NCBI RefSeq assembly: GCF_009914755.1
Contig: NC_060925.1
Strand: one strand, 5' to 3'
Length of the DNA: 64,000 nt
Source: the human T2T-CHM13v2.0 reference genome, Homo sapiens
The translations under genes and the position numbers were made by a program. Positions 33,908-47,596 of the stretch are shown here, in pieces. The notes below the pieces were generated by a model that saw nothing but the letters and a program-made list of their open reading frames with translations, ran no database searches and was not told the origin of the DNA. The stretch's first letter is position 1, and each line of letters opens with the position of its first letter.

Positions 33908-34067
33908 CAGTAGTTCTCAAAGGAAAATATCAGTATTATCCAGGAACTGTTAGTGTAAATTCTCGGCCCTGCCACCCCAGAGAAACCCTGGGGATAGGAT
34001 TCAGCAATCTGTGCTTTATCAAGTCCTCCAGGTGATTCTGATGCATGTTCGAGTTTGAGACCCACTG
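33908..34067. mobile_element. MER5A with both terminal inverted repeats
   Basis: cagtagttctcaaa ... tttgagacccactg, with TA-centred 8-bp flanks gtttatac and gtctaagc. Confidence 0.85.
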
Positions 34068-35554
34068 GTCTAAGCTAAAAGATTTAGAAGAAATGAAAAC
34101 CCAGCTCACTGCTAACTCCTTCTCAAAATCTATTTTGCTAATATGGCTCTCCTATATGTGCCATGGAACCCAAACTCTGATGCGCAAATGTTTCAAAACA
34201 GACCAAGACACCTCTCAACTGTTAAAATTCCCACCTCCGACCCCTCAGGAGAATGAAATTTGAGATGCAAAGACGTCTCTTTCCTACAGTTTATCCTGCC
34301 AGACTCCTTCATTCCTCACTCTGTTCCCTGCAGATTGTCTTGTAAATGTGGCCAGAGACACATCTTCAGTCCTGAGTCTGACTGCTGACCTCGGCTATGT
34401 TAGCCCCTTTGCTGCTGAAGAACAGCCCCTTGGATCACTGACTTGCTATTATTCTATGCTTAATAGCCCCGACCTGTGCAATATTTTTTATCTGGCTACA
34501 GTCCTATCTCTAAATTCTCTATTTTGAATGAATACCAATTTTGTGACATGAAGTCTTCTATATAATGAAATGCAAACAATGAAAAGGCTAAATCAGTTTA
34601 CAAAAAATCTATTTGTCAAACAGTGTGGAGATGTTCCCAATTTAGTCTGGGCAGTTCATGCAGCTCTTGATAAGGGAGTTAAAAACCTAGCTGTTCACAG
34701 AATGAAAATAAAGGCATCTGCACCACAGACACATTTTCCTTTCAAAAGTCTTTGTTGTAACTTGTAGCTAATTAAATGCCCTTACACAAGAGGTGCACAC
34801 ACACACAGCAAAATCAGAGAATAATTTTACAAGAGAGCCCCAGAGAAGAGGAGAGCACAACACAAGCTTCCCACTACCATCTCTTATATTGCATTTACAT
34901 TTCTATACAGCTTCATCAGCCTGACAAAAAAAGCACAAGGGGAGGCCTTTTTTGTTCAATTTTGGACGAGAGAGATTTCTAAGCCCTGCAAAGGAACGTG
35001 CTTAACATTAAAAAAAAAAAGAAGAAAGAAAGAAAAAAAGAAAGAAATTGTAACCCTGCCTTAGATGCTTGTGGAGAAATAATGCTTTCTACACACCTTT
35101 CTATATCACCGACAGAGGAACTAAAAAATTATCAAGAACTTAAAGTGTTCCATTTTTTTATTTGTAGTGTTTTCCTCACTCCTAGAGATTATTTGCAGGC
35201 AGAGGTGCCCCTGTATTAAGCTTGACATTTATTGGAGTGGCTTTGAATTTACCATGTCACATTTATCAAAATGGGATTATATATACATATTGACATTCTT
35301 TCATTTTTCCACCTTCTGAATTTAACTATTTCATTGGGCAGAATTTAAAGTGTTAATTCTCAGATAAATTTTTTAAAGTCATATACGAAATTGGTTCTCA
35401 AATATAACTGGCATTGAGTTATCACAGTCCCCCCTCTCTCTTCTTTCACGCCCCCGTCCCCATATGGGAAGACTGTCCAACATAATGGGATAGCATTGGA
35501 TATAAAAACAGAACATTGTCTAAACAGAGGATTGAAAGCTCTTTGGGGTCAGGG

Positions 35555-35711
35555 TAATTTATATTATATTTATATTTATAATTTATATAATTTATATTAT
35601 ATAATTTATATTTATAATTTATATTATATAATTTATATTTATAATTTATATTATATAATTTATATTTGTAATTTATATTATATAGTTTATGTTTATAATT
35701 TATATTATAAT
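35555..35711. repeat. AT-rich minisatellite with a unit of about 27 bp
   Basis: tataatttatattatataatttatatt repeated about 5-6 times, seen as YNLYYIIYI repeats in the ORF track. Confidence 0.92.
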
Positions 35712-35869
35712 TATTTCTTTATACCTGTTCACAATCCTGTGTCACTACATGTGTGGACCCCTCAGGCTAAAACACCAACCTCACAACCCCTTTCTAACAC
35801 TCCCCCCCGCCCCTGCACACACCCCAAAATACCCCCCTACACATACACACACACACATATACCTCTTTT

Positions 35870-36090
35870 CCAGATGGAAACTCAGAAAGATCACCTCCTC
35901 TCGGGAGGCATCTCTTATCCTGCCATCCTTTAGCATTTTCATATCTGTATGTGATTTTACTTCTCTTATTAAACTGTAAGCTACTTGAAGGCAGAGACCC
36001 TGTCTCATCTCAGAATGCTTAGAACACAGCTTAGGGCCTGACAGACTGGATGTTATTGAACAGGCTGTTTAATGAATAAATGAATGAATG
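35870..36090 (+). mobile_element. L2 3' fragment
   Basis: aactgtaagctacttgaaggcagagac...tgaataaatgaatgaatg. Confidence 0.75.
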
Positions 36091-36479
36091 CAAGCCTAGC
36101 TGGGCAATTGCTGTCTAAGCTTTGAATTCTTACTATTATGAAACAGATGAATTCATGCAACCCTCTTGATGTCAAAAAATACCACACTTTCGTACATGGG
36201 TGCTTGGAATACACTTGTCAACTTTTAAGTCCTATTGGTTCTCACTCTAAATCATCTCTACATTCTCAAAGTTAAATTCCAACTGCCTGAATTTCCTCAC
36301 TGGTGGTTTCATTGGTCTCTCTCCCTCTGTTTTTCTGCTTCTTTCTAATTCATTCTATATGCCATTCTCAAGTACTTTTACCCCACATTTTCCACTGTTA
36401 CAGAACAAAATCAAGATTCTTTTAACCTGAAAATTCAAGTCTATTCATAACCTGACCCAAACCCTCTTTCCTGGCAAGT

Positions 36480-37020
36480 TTCCCACAAGTCTGCTTCACA
36501 GAGCCTGGGTATCACAGCCTTCACGTAACCTGAACACACCAAATGCATTCTTATTTCCAGGATTTTTGCCTCAGCTATTCCCACCATCTTATATTTAAAG
36601 GACATCCATTTGTAATGCTCTGTATACATGTGATATGTCTTTATAAAGTAGGTTAGAGCCTTGAAAAAGGGCATGGCCAATTTGACTTGAGAGAGGAGCA
36701 AAAGATGCAGATTTTCTGAGCTATGTCTCTAAAGACTGTTGGGGGAAGAAAAATTTGTGGTAAGTGAGCAACCTTTAAGATAAAAGAGAATAATGGAATC
36801 ATGTTTCTCCAATAGAATGTAAGTTCCTTGAAGACAAGAACTACCTGGTTCATCTTTATATTCCCACTAGTACCCAGTAGAGTGCTTTGTATGCAACAAC
36901 TGACTAGTAAATATTTCTTTAATGATTCTTTATCCATTTCTGTCCTAACTCCATCCGACCCTTTCATACAGTACCTTGCATATACTAGATACTCAATAAA
37001 TGACAGCTAAATGAATGACT
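36480..37020 (+). mobile_element. L2 fragments
   Basis: tagaatgtaagttccttgaagacaag...ctcaataaatg. Confidence 0.65.
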
Positions 37021-37204
37021 GATTTCTTAATCTTTCCATTCCTTGTTAAAATGCAAAAGTGGGAGAGGAACAGAGTAAGTAAAATTGCAGTTACTGAAAA
37101 AACAACTTCAGAAAATGAATCGTTATGAACACAAAATATGCTTATTTTGTTTACACACCAAAAGTAAACTGTACAAGAAAACAAGTAAAAATGTTGAATT
37201 CACA

Positions 37205-37218
37205 TCGCCCTCTGGTGT
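37205..37218 (-). promoter_or_regulatory. Candidate CTCF site
   Basis: The minus strand reads ACACCAGAGGGCGA, against the consensus CCASYAGRKGGCRS. Confidence 0.55.
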
Positions 37219-38009
37219 TGGACTCTCCCAGACAATTAAAAAAACCCTCAAACTTAAGAGTTTAGGGAGATTTTACTTCAAAATAGGAGCATTCAACCTT
37301 CCCTGATCAAGGCAAAATGAGTGTAGCATTGAATGAGAGGTGCAGCATCTTTCAAATTTGCTTCAGTTGTTAAAGATGAAATTATTAACTCCAACAAAGT
37401 ATGGAGCCTCTAGTATATTTGCTTAATGGAGTGAATTCCTCCTTCTGTCAAAGTCACTGTGTCTCACCATGATAGTCATTATTAGAGACCAATGGAATGA
37501 GGCTGCTAGCTGTACTACAGGTCCTCTGTATAAAAGGTGTGCTTTAAAATCTAAGACAATATGACTTTTCAACAATAGCATACAATGGAAATGTATTTAT
37601 TTGCTAAGCCTGAGAAAAGCCATTGAGTAGAGAATGAAAGTTACAAAACAGGCACAGGCTATTCATTTGCTGTTAATGCTGGGACACTGTGCCAAGGCAG
37701 CTGAAATAAAACAATACACCCTCCTTGAGGTGACTCTTAGGATCATGGAGAGAACCCTGGAATAAATATCTCAGTGTGAAATTATTGTTCTGTCTATGGC
37801 ATAGAATTCAGAAAGTCCCTTATATTAAAAAATATAAAAGTATTCCTCTTCAGGGTAATTTAATTTAGAGAGCTGGTTTAAATTTTCTGAAAACTAATAG
37901 CATGTTTTGAAGGCAGTCTTAGACCCAGAAACATAAATTAGAAAACACATTGTGCCATGATTCCTTTAGAGAGTTTTTCTAGCAAGCTGTTAGCCACTAA
38001 GTGCTCTCA

Positions 38010-38340
38010 CCATTGCCATCATCTTCACTGTTGTCATCATCATCATCACCATTCATGGATAACACTCATCATCATCACTGTCACTGTCGTTGTGATCACA
38101 GTCATTGACATGATGGTCAGTGCTGCTAAGTATCACAGGTTTATGATGTGCTAGGACTGTGCTCAAAATTTTACATCATTTAGTTCATCTGAACCTCACA
38201 ATCATCTCAGTAACATTCTAATTTTACTGATTAGGAAGCTGAGACTTCGTAACTTACTATAACTTCCATAGTAGGTAACTTGCAGAAATAATTCTAATCC
38301 TGCTTACGGAAACTTTTGCTCTTAATCATTATATTGACTG
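38010..38340 (-). mobile_element. MIR with an adjacent (CAT)n low-complexity tract
   Basis: A catcatcat run, then ctaggactgtgctc...attttactgattaggaagctgag. Confidence 0.65.
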
Positions 38341-38849
38341 CCATTAGGTACCAGATTTTACTTGTGATTCCTCTGGACACGGTGCCACATGGAGTGTGAT
38401 TCTGTTCATTTATCTGCTGTATTCCTCTTTTTATCTAAGTGATGAGCAGAAAGTTTTGCTAGGAGGGTTTTAAAGGGTTAAGTGCTTTAAGAGAACAAAG
38501 CCATAGAGTTCAGTCTTGGGTGGATAAGGAACCATGAGGGAGTAAGAAATACATTGTCCGTTAGAGTCTCTTCCTCTGTGCCTCTGAACAAACGGCAATA
38601 AAATAAAGAGCATGAAACTTCTGGGTGCTAAATCAATTTATTTATTTATACTATATTTGGCAAGCATTTATTACATTGTTGTTAGCACTGCACTAGGCGC
38701 TAAACAAAATATTTACACACAGGAGAAATGCAAGCCCATATTCTTGCCTTGGGAAGTAAACATCAACTGTACAACATTCATAGGGTAACTCATTCGATGT
38801 TTTAATCAACTCCATCCCATCTGAGTCTAGTACCACACACTTGAATATG

Positions 38850-38886
38850 TGCACACAGACATGCACACACACACACACACACACAC
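38850..38886. repeat. (CA)n microsatellite
   Basis: Read directly from the sequence. Confidence 0.9.
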
Positions 38887-39516
38887 CTCTGTACACACTC
38901 CTAAAAGCAAACGTCCAACGATGCCAAAAACACACAGATTTCAGGCAAAAACTTTCAAAATTTGTCCAACAATTAAAAATAACCTGATTTTAAGAAATGC
39001 ACACACATAGGACTTATAGAGGTTATTTCTACATCTCACCATCTTTATTCCTGGCAATACATGCTGTGTTACCTATGAGTAGTCTCTTTTTGGCTACAAA
39101 TGTGTCCCATCTTCCATCTGTTCTTCTAGCAATATTGCTGGCTTACTGCCATTGAAGCTACATCAGCCTTCATGATGTCGTCTGACTAGGTTTTCTCAAG
39201 TACCCGTTCATTTAGCTCTCCAGGTGAGGGCAGGCATATACATTTTTCTGTAGTTCTCTGAGCAGGGTTTAACTTTGGTTCCATATTAGCAAGTGTGTAT
39301 GTTTCTGCTCTATTTACCAAAGTTTGCAAACTATTTCGATAGAGTAGAAAACAGAGTCTAAAGTTCCTCAAGAAATTGCTGGCTGAGCCATGAGAGAACT
39401 CAGCCCAGGGTCTCAATTTTTCTTTTATAATGGGATGTCGGTTAGAGGTGTGCCTATTAAAGACAATACTCCCTGGATTTTGCTATATTCTTTCACATTT
39501 TGCTTGTCTTTCATCC

Positions 39517-39862
39517 TTTTTTTGTTTTTTGTTTGTTTGTTTGTTTGTTTTTAAGTCGAGTCTCACTCTGTCACCCAGGCTGGAGTGCAGTGGCACAACC
39601 ATGACACACTGCAGCCTCAAACTCCTGGGCTCCAGCGATCCTCTCACTTCCAGCCTCCTAAATAGTTGGGACAACAGGCACACACCATCATGCACACCTA
39701 TGTGGTTTGTTTGTTTGTTTGTTTGTTTATTTCCCATCATTTTTTCCCAAAGACAGGGTCTTGCTATGTTGCCCAGGCTGATCTCCAACTACTGGCCTCA
39801 AGCGATCTTCCTGCCTCGGCCACTCAAGTTGCTGGGATTACAGGCATGAGCCACCATGCCCA
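39517..39862 (-). mobile_element. AluJ with (GTTT)n expansions in tail and linker
   Basis: Reverse dimer with gttt arrays at about 39523-39550 and 39705-39728. Confidence 0.93.
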
Positions 39863-40349
39863 ATATGTTTTTGCTTCTTTCATTCACTTAAGTAACATTT
39901 TTCTCTATTGCAGACACTGTGCTATGCATAGGAGTTTTTACCCTCTTGAGTTGAAGGCTGAGGTTCCCCCTGCCCCCTCCTTTCCCTTTGTCCAGTCTCT
40001 CAATGCGTGTATTCAATGCAGGCTGGTTAGCCAATTGATTAGGAGGTTGGGTAAGTTTCCATGTCAGCTCTGTGTATTACTAGGAGTTTGTCCTTGAGAA
40101 AGTTACTTAACCTCTCTGTATTCAGTTTACTCATCTGTAAAAGACACACTCAATAAAGAATGGCTATTATCTTTAAATTGTATTATGGTGATGTATATTT
40201 ATATTTCAGTCCTCATGTAGAAGGCAATTATCTATGTATCAAACTCATTCTGTAAATTGTAAAAAAGTATACAAATGTAATGTGGTGTTATTATTTAATA
40301 CAGGGTTTAATATAGGCTTTAATGTAGAGTTTGTTTCAAAGAGAAGTGA

Positions 40350-40680
40350 AAAATATTTGTTGAACACCTACTATGTCTTAAGCATTGTTCTGAGAGCTTT
40401 ACTTACAGTATTTTGCTCAACCTCAAAAAAGTTCAATAATGTAAAAATAATAACAGCCTTCTTTTATTGTGCAATTATCTAACAATCTTAATAATGTAAA
40501 AAGTAGATATTATGGTGATAATGATTCTGATTTTATGAAGAAATAAAAAGAAGGAAATGAAGCTCAAACATTAACTTATCCAAGGAAACCTGGCTAGTAA
40601 GTGACAGAACCAGAATATGACCCCAGGACTATCTGCTGCCAGGGTCTGAACTCTTTCTGCTACAACACATGCTTTTCCTA
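40350..40680 (-). mobile_element. MIR/L2 remnants
   Basis: aatatttgttgaacacctactatg... and ccaaggaaacctggctagtaagtgacagaacc. Confidence 0.65.
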
Positions 40681-41479
40681 GATGGAAGCAATGTATAATA
40701 GAGGAGGCCCAAGCTAGGCTGATGAAAAGAAAAATGATACCAAACTAATAAAATATTCATATTTACAGGCAAAATGCCCTCATTGGAAAAATATTAATTT
40801 AATATATATAGTGTTTTATATCCCAAATAGTATGACATCCACATAACCGTAAATAACAGAAGTTACCAAAGCTAACTTTTAAAAGAATTCTTTGCTTAAA
40901 GTTCTTAATTTTCGTAGTATTTTTGCTTGCCTAATGATAGAATGATGGTGTCAAATTTGAAAATGTAGGCAGATGTATTCATTTTTAAAGGTATCACTTG
41001 GAACGTCATACCATTTATTTAGATCCTATAGCTGATTAGTGACCTGTTTAAATAGATAAAACTGGTAAATGTTTGATGAAATAATAAACATGTGCACTGA
41101 ATCTTCATCTCCTAACTTAAAGCTCTTACAGAGTTGTCAAATGCTAAATAAACAAAGACTGGTCCCTTTTTCCAAAAACTGTCTGTTCATCAGATAAATG
41201 AAGCATGTAAACCCACGTGCACACACTATTTTGCTTTATTTTGTGCTATACCTGTTTGCAAGGAATTGTAACCATTTTCCTTAAAACGGCCTTATTTAAC
41301 TTAATTTTTTTCCTTCAACATATTCAAAAGACCTTAGATTATTATCAGTAATTATCAGTATGACTTAGCAAAGGAAACCTCATCAAAGAACTCATAAAAC
41401 AGGCTCCATAGAATTTGTATTTTGTAGACTTGTTTTATTTTATTAATTTCTAGCACAAACATCTCACTTTAAAGCTTCC

Positions 41480-41680
41480 AAAAATGCTTGCACACCCCTA
41501 ATCTGATTTTACCTATTTGTGAGATAAATGATGTTAGTTTTCCAGTTTTATTGATTATGAAACAAGGATTCTGAGACGTCATTTAAATTGCCTGGGATTC
41601 TATCAACCCATAAGTGGCAGAGACAAACTTGAGAGTAATTACCCGCATCCCACCAGGCTTCTTTCTGTCTTAGCCCTGTG
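41480..41680 (-). mobile_element. MIR
   Basis: ccagttttattgattatgaaacaagg...taagtggcagag. Confidence 0.6.
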
Positions 41681-44600
41681 TTTATTCTTCTGCCTCACTC
41701 TATGGCAATACCATATGATGGGAATAATGTCAGTGTTCATATACCTCTTTGTCTCACATGCTAGGTCCTCACAATATCATTCATATGGCTCTGTTCCTCT
41801 GCACAGGTCCTTTATAGCATCACAAGGATATAATGATAGATTGGGTGAAATCCCTCTCCCCTACCCCTATGCCCAGCAACACAGCTTCTCTCTGATTTCT
41901 CTGGATATCCCAGACACAGGAAGGTAGAGCAACTGGGTATATGGCCCACAATGATTGCATTTCCTTCCAAAATAGTTATGATGATTTTTATCAAATAATC
42001 CATAAACACTTAATACCAAAATACTTACTGGTATAATTCTGGTTCTGCTGTGAGCAATTTGTGGACTTTGAGCGAAACGTTCAATCATTTTAGGCCTCAG
42101 CCTACCAACTTTACTGTGAGAAAAAAGGACTAATTTATACAAAGTCTATTCAAACCTTAAAATATTATTAATCTATGAAAACAGTATGTGGCATAATTCA
42201 AAAAACAACAGTGCTCAGGAGGCTAAGATATAATTAATAAAATCCAGTAGGTTTCCTCCCTCATTTTGCCTATAATGTTGCTTATTCTATCAACTCCATT
42301 TTGCTTTAGTTTCTTGCAAATGAACTAGAAAGGTGATTGTATAAAGGTTAATTCTATGATGTCGGTAACATGAACTTTAATAAAAGATACTATTGAAATA
42401 GAGTTATTACTCTTAAAATGTAGGGCATTCAGATAGGACTATATTGGGATGTAATTATTGATTTACAAATAAAGTTTAGAAAATAAGAAGCTTTGGAAGC
42501 AGAGGGTAAAGCTGGAATCCCTCATAAGCAGTGGACTCTCAATTCACTTGTCAATGTATAGCCTAGATCCACACTTGCTCAGAACAGGTTACAAGTATCA
42601 CACTAGTTAATCCATGCTACCCAGACGGAATGGAAATGGACATTTTGTGGCACCAGAATGCCTAGCTACTCTAATCTGTCTGGGACCCCATTTTTTTAAT
42701 GCAGTAGTAGCAGAATAAGAAAAACATACAAGAAAGTCAAATGTTTTCCCAACTGCAGAAGCAAACACTTTGCCAGAAATTCCAAATAATTTAAAATGTG
42801 GCCTTGCTTTCTCTCCCTCTCTCTCTCTCCCTTTTACTATCAGTACCAAGCCAAGAGTCTAAATATTAATAGAACTATTTATACAGGCTGTTGTCCACCT
42901 TAATGCAGATTTTTCAAATTTCTTCTGCAACTTGCTGTATCTGAACACACAGAAACCTCTTATTTCTCTTGTGTTTGCTCAAGTTACACAAGTAAGTTCA
43001 TGAACATTTTGCCAATACACAAATTCTGATTTTTTTGTGGGGAATATAAGTCATCCCTGTGTTTATAAAGTGACAGAATCTGGAAGGATGTTGTCAGGCC
43101 AGCCAACTTTTTCAAACTCACTTAAATCAAGTGCTGTTATTGAGGCAGACGACGCACAGAAAGCAAGTTCACATCTGAGTGCAGTGGTTGTCTCCATCTA
43201 GAAATAATCTCAAAACATGGTATGTGAGTGTGGTCTCCTTGGGGGCACCACATACCCTTATAGACAGGCACAGAGCTGGGGAGGGGCCCATCCATTTGAG
43301 TCTATGCTTATGGGGTGGCAATCTTCAGTTGCCTACGGTCGACGTAGAAAGACAACACCTGCTTAAATCAAATCTCTCATCCATCCCTTTTAATTTATCA
43401 TGGCTCCATGCTCTTTATTCCAGTCCATTCTCTTTCTAGCACTATAAGGAGCAGGGAGAGCAGGCAAGAGACCCAGCAGCAGCCTGTTTGCTGGGAACTT
43501 GCACAGTTAAGGTGTCTAAATATTTTTTTTTTTTGCACTGTTATGCCATCACTTAAGGATCAATTAACTGGTCTCTGTGGCAAACTGCTGTTCAGTGACT
43601 GGTGCCATCCAGTGCGCTGGGCAAACTGACACCAATGACCAATGCTTCCCATGGTTTGTCGTGTCTCTCAGGTTCCCTAAGACCATACCGACGGCACCTG
43701 TTAAAGCTGCTTCTGCTAAGCTGTTCTGCATTTGTCTGGCTGGATTTGGACTTCCTGGATCTCTGACTGAATACAAAGTGATTAGAGAGCCCAGTGTTTG
43801 GCAACAAGCGCGATAGGGAATACGCTGTGTGTGGGTCCACAGGAGCACAATGTTCTTCATAACCCCATGCAGGGAGCGCCCTGCTAGATTCCCTGTGCTG
43901 TGGAGATCAAAATGGTCTCTTTTGTCGTCAGCTGTTTAACAGCAGCTGTTTAATGTAATTCCAAATGATTTGCTTGAATGAAGTTGTCATTCCTGCAGTA
44001 ATCTTTAATTTGGTAAAACACATAGCTGAGCAATGCTATTTTTAATATTATTTTAGCTTTAAAAAAGTTTCCAGTCCCCATATTTTCCATGATGATGACA
44101 GATCGAAATCATTACTGGGAAGTATAATTACGCAAAGGAGGAAACTAGATATTAATATCAGCATTTTTCTACCTAAGTTAGTCAAATGCTAATTGGCAAA
44201 TAGAGGTTTATCAAAACAAACAAAAAATAAGTATAATGAAGTTAACAGAAGAATTTTTGCATCATAAACTTTATCCCCATCTATCACTAAATGTAAATTG
44301 CACCTTTTTTCTGAGGAATATGTCTTATGTTAATAAACTCAAATAGCTAGTCTAGGAAAAACATTTTAAAGATTTCATGTTTTAAGCATTTGGACAATAG
44401 TGCTCAAACATTACAAAGAGGACCACAAATGAATCAACCAACCTTCCTTCCTTCCTTTCTTCGTTCCTCCCTCCCTTCCTTCAGCTTTATTGATTATCAT
44501 CCATTGCAGTTTGTAGAGAAGTCTGTTTACAAGGCAAAAAATGCCTGGCCTGTGTTCTCAGGCAATTCTGCAGTTCTCCTGTGAACAATAGAGGGCACTG

Positions 44601-47094
44601 ATGCTTCTAATCTGGCAGACATCGCCTCGGAGAGAACAAAATCACTCTTCTACTTGTGGCTTGCCTTCCAGCTAGCCAACCTCTCAGTACCACATTCCAT
44701 TTGTGATAGACTTTCTCTCTCCTAAGAAAGCTACCTCTTTTCTTTCTCTATTAGTTGATATTCTATGTCCAGTTTTCAAAGCTCTGCATTAAAAAGCTGT
44801 TCTTCAGTTAATAGTTTGTGGTCTTTTAAAAAAATATCTCCTGGCTTTTCTGATTATGAATGGCTGTTCTTAAAGCATATCTTCTTACCTTACTGATCTT
44901 CTTTCTAACCCTATTTAAATACAATTCATTCAGAGATGATGCTACTTGCTAGGATCTTGGCTTAAAAATGAAAACTCTATAGGCTAGGACCCTTTATAAA
45001 TATATGTCCTGACAACCTACTGTCCAGTGGCATGTATTTATCAAATGTCACAAATTAATACATTGATAGGCACCAGGCCACCACCCGAAGAAGAACATAC
45101 TGTGATACAGTTCTTCACTAAAGAGAGTTATTTACCTTTTTTTTAAAAAAAAACTCAAAGCCATAACAATTTAAACTGTTTCACTTGAATCAAATGAGAT
45201 GCATCATCCATTTCCCTGATGTGCTTTCAGTAAAGAAGAAAAGGCTTCATAAGAAATACCTTAGGAGAGTGCTCTGTGTTTAACCATTTTCTCACCATAA
45301 AAGTTAAAATCACCTAATCAGAAAACACCCTATCATTTTATACTGAATGGTTCATAAGAACATAAAATTCCATTTAGCACTGCTACCCGCTCTCATCATC
45401 TACCCTTTTAAAATGCTTACCCATCTTTCTCATTGCTATTCAAAGAAACAGATTTATTTCTCACCCTGGAGTTGGGAATTTTGGCATGCCAGATTGAAAA
45501 TGTACCCAACACCAAGTAGTGGATGGGTTATTCTTAGTCTCCTTACACGCTTAAGAGAAAATGGGGCAGTGTATGTCTCTAAATCAAGTGAAGTTCTTTG
45601 GAAACTATGACTTCAGCTATAGCTAGATTAGTGAGGCTGTTGTCATATTAGAGAAAGAACTGGGATCATGAACAATAGAAATGCTAGTCACAGCAAAAGA
45701 GATGAAGGGACAAAATCTTAGGGACTGTGAGAAGAGGTTGCAGAATTATTACCATATTCATCATACTTCTGATTTATTTTAACTTTGGTTATGGAAATTA
45801 GAGAAACTCCTCCAGTGCCTTTTTGATGTCTCTGAGCAACCACTGACATTTGGTGGGGGGTATTTTGCCTCAGCCCAGCTGTGCAAACCCCTTTCATCAT
45901 TTCTCTCCTGTCCCTTTCATCTGCCCTTTCACTGCCTGCCCCTCCACTCCCTTTATTCTTTTCCCTTTTTTTCCTCCCTGCTTAGGCATCAGGGCCTGGG
46001 AGCCACCAGTAGACCCAAAAGACACAAGATGGCTAGAATAGTTCCTGTTTCTTCCCTGATAAAGTCAAGGGAAAAGGCCTCCCTAGATAACCTGTCCCTT
46101 CGCTTCTTTCCTCAAGGTTTACAAAATAAAAATCAGAATCATTGGTGATAACCTTTCTTGTGTTTTAGACTGTTTATCGTATTAGATGGAAGAATATTCA
46201 GCTGATATATATATATTTTTTTCTTTTTGGAAGAAGCTATTTCCATGCTGTGGCTGAGCTCTCTGGCAGCCAACAGCGCCTTTGATTAGAAGGCTACTTC
46301 ATAAATTACAAACCACCAGAGTGAGAGTCATTATGTAGAATGGGCTCTGCCATCTGGTCGTCCACTTTCTACACGATAAAGGCCATCATCCTTGCTCTGT
46401 GGCTTGGTTACTTCAAGGCTTCCTTAGCCACAGCACTGAAAGAAAATAGATGTTTTCATTCTAAGCTCACTTGGCCTTTTAAACCTAGAATATTCAAGCA
46501 CTTGGAAGGGCTATTATTCCCATTTAACAGATTGGGAAACTGAGATGTAACAGAGTTAAGTATTTTTGTAAAAAATCCAGTAAAAAAAATGTACAATTTT
46601 TCCTTTGCTTCAATAGCAAGAGAGCAGATTCCGCTTTTCTCTGCTTTCTAGCTGTATAAGAAATTTCAGATACATTTCATTTCCATTTTCTGAAAGGTTC
46701 TATCAATGGAAATTACGGGTGCATGTGACAGGAGAGAATGAATTTCTTATTGAAGAGGTAGGCACTCTGCAACAATTCATCTCAGCTGCCTCTAAAGAAA
46801 AAAAAATAAAAGTTTTTTAGTGAAGTTGATAAAATGCCAGACAGGAATGAATACTTTACTTTTACTTATGTTTCTTTCCTGAAGCAAACAGGAGAAACAT
46901 ACCTCCCTTTACCTCTGGAAAGCAGTTCAGAACACACTGCTAGAGGTCCTATTCTCTTCAGAAAGAACTTCTGGGCATTTGAACTAAAACTGGCCAAATC
47001 AAAGAACTGTTTAGCCCAGCATGGATTCAGTATGATGGTAATTACTAATTGCTTGAGTCTGAGACATTTCTTTCTTCCTATACTAGGGTATTTT

Positions 47095-47300
47095 AGAACA
47101 GTAGAGTGTAGTGGACATGTATTCTGGAACAGTGGCTGGGTCCCATCCATGCCTCTTATTAGCTCTCTGGTCTTGGGCCAGTTAGTTAACTTTACTGTAC
47201 TTCAGTTTCTTCCTCTATAAAATGGGCTTAGAATAGTAACTACTTCATTGGACTGTTGGGAGAATTAAAATAGTAAAATTGTTACAGTGATTAGAACAGA
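47095..47300 (+). mobile_element. MIR
   Basis: tcttgggccagttagttaac...cagtttcttcctctataaaatggg. Confidence 0.8.
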
Positions 47301-47552
47301 ACTGTTTCAAGAAGAATATTTTGCTGCCTTCTCACTATTTTTTTTCAATCTATCAAGATTAAAAGTTATCAAAATAAAAGAAAGGTAGATGCAGAACCAC
47401 CAGTAAGTTTATACCAGGATGATGAGGATGATGTCTCACTTCTATTAATGGAAATAATATGTGTGGCTTTGCTGTCTTTGTAACCTATAAGCATTACCAA
47501 TTAACATGGGCAAATGATAACCAAAGGCAAAGGACCATATATCTATATATTG

Positions 47553-47554
<2 letters not shown>

Positions 47555-47590
<36 letters not shown>
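47555..47590. repeat. (AC)18 microsatellite
   Basis: Read directly from the sequence. Confidence 0.95.

Positions 47591-47596
<6 letters not shown>

Noticed and set aside
35496-35933. Longest ORF in the track (145 aa, YNLYYIIYI repeats)
   Set aside because: It is an artefact of a stop-free frame through the AT minisatellite.
37957-38154. His-rich ORF
   Set aside because: It is a translation of a (CAT)n low-complexity tract.
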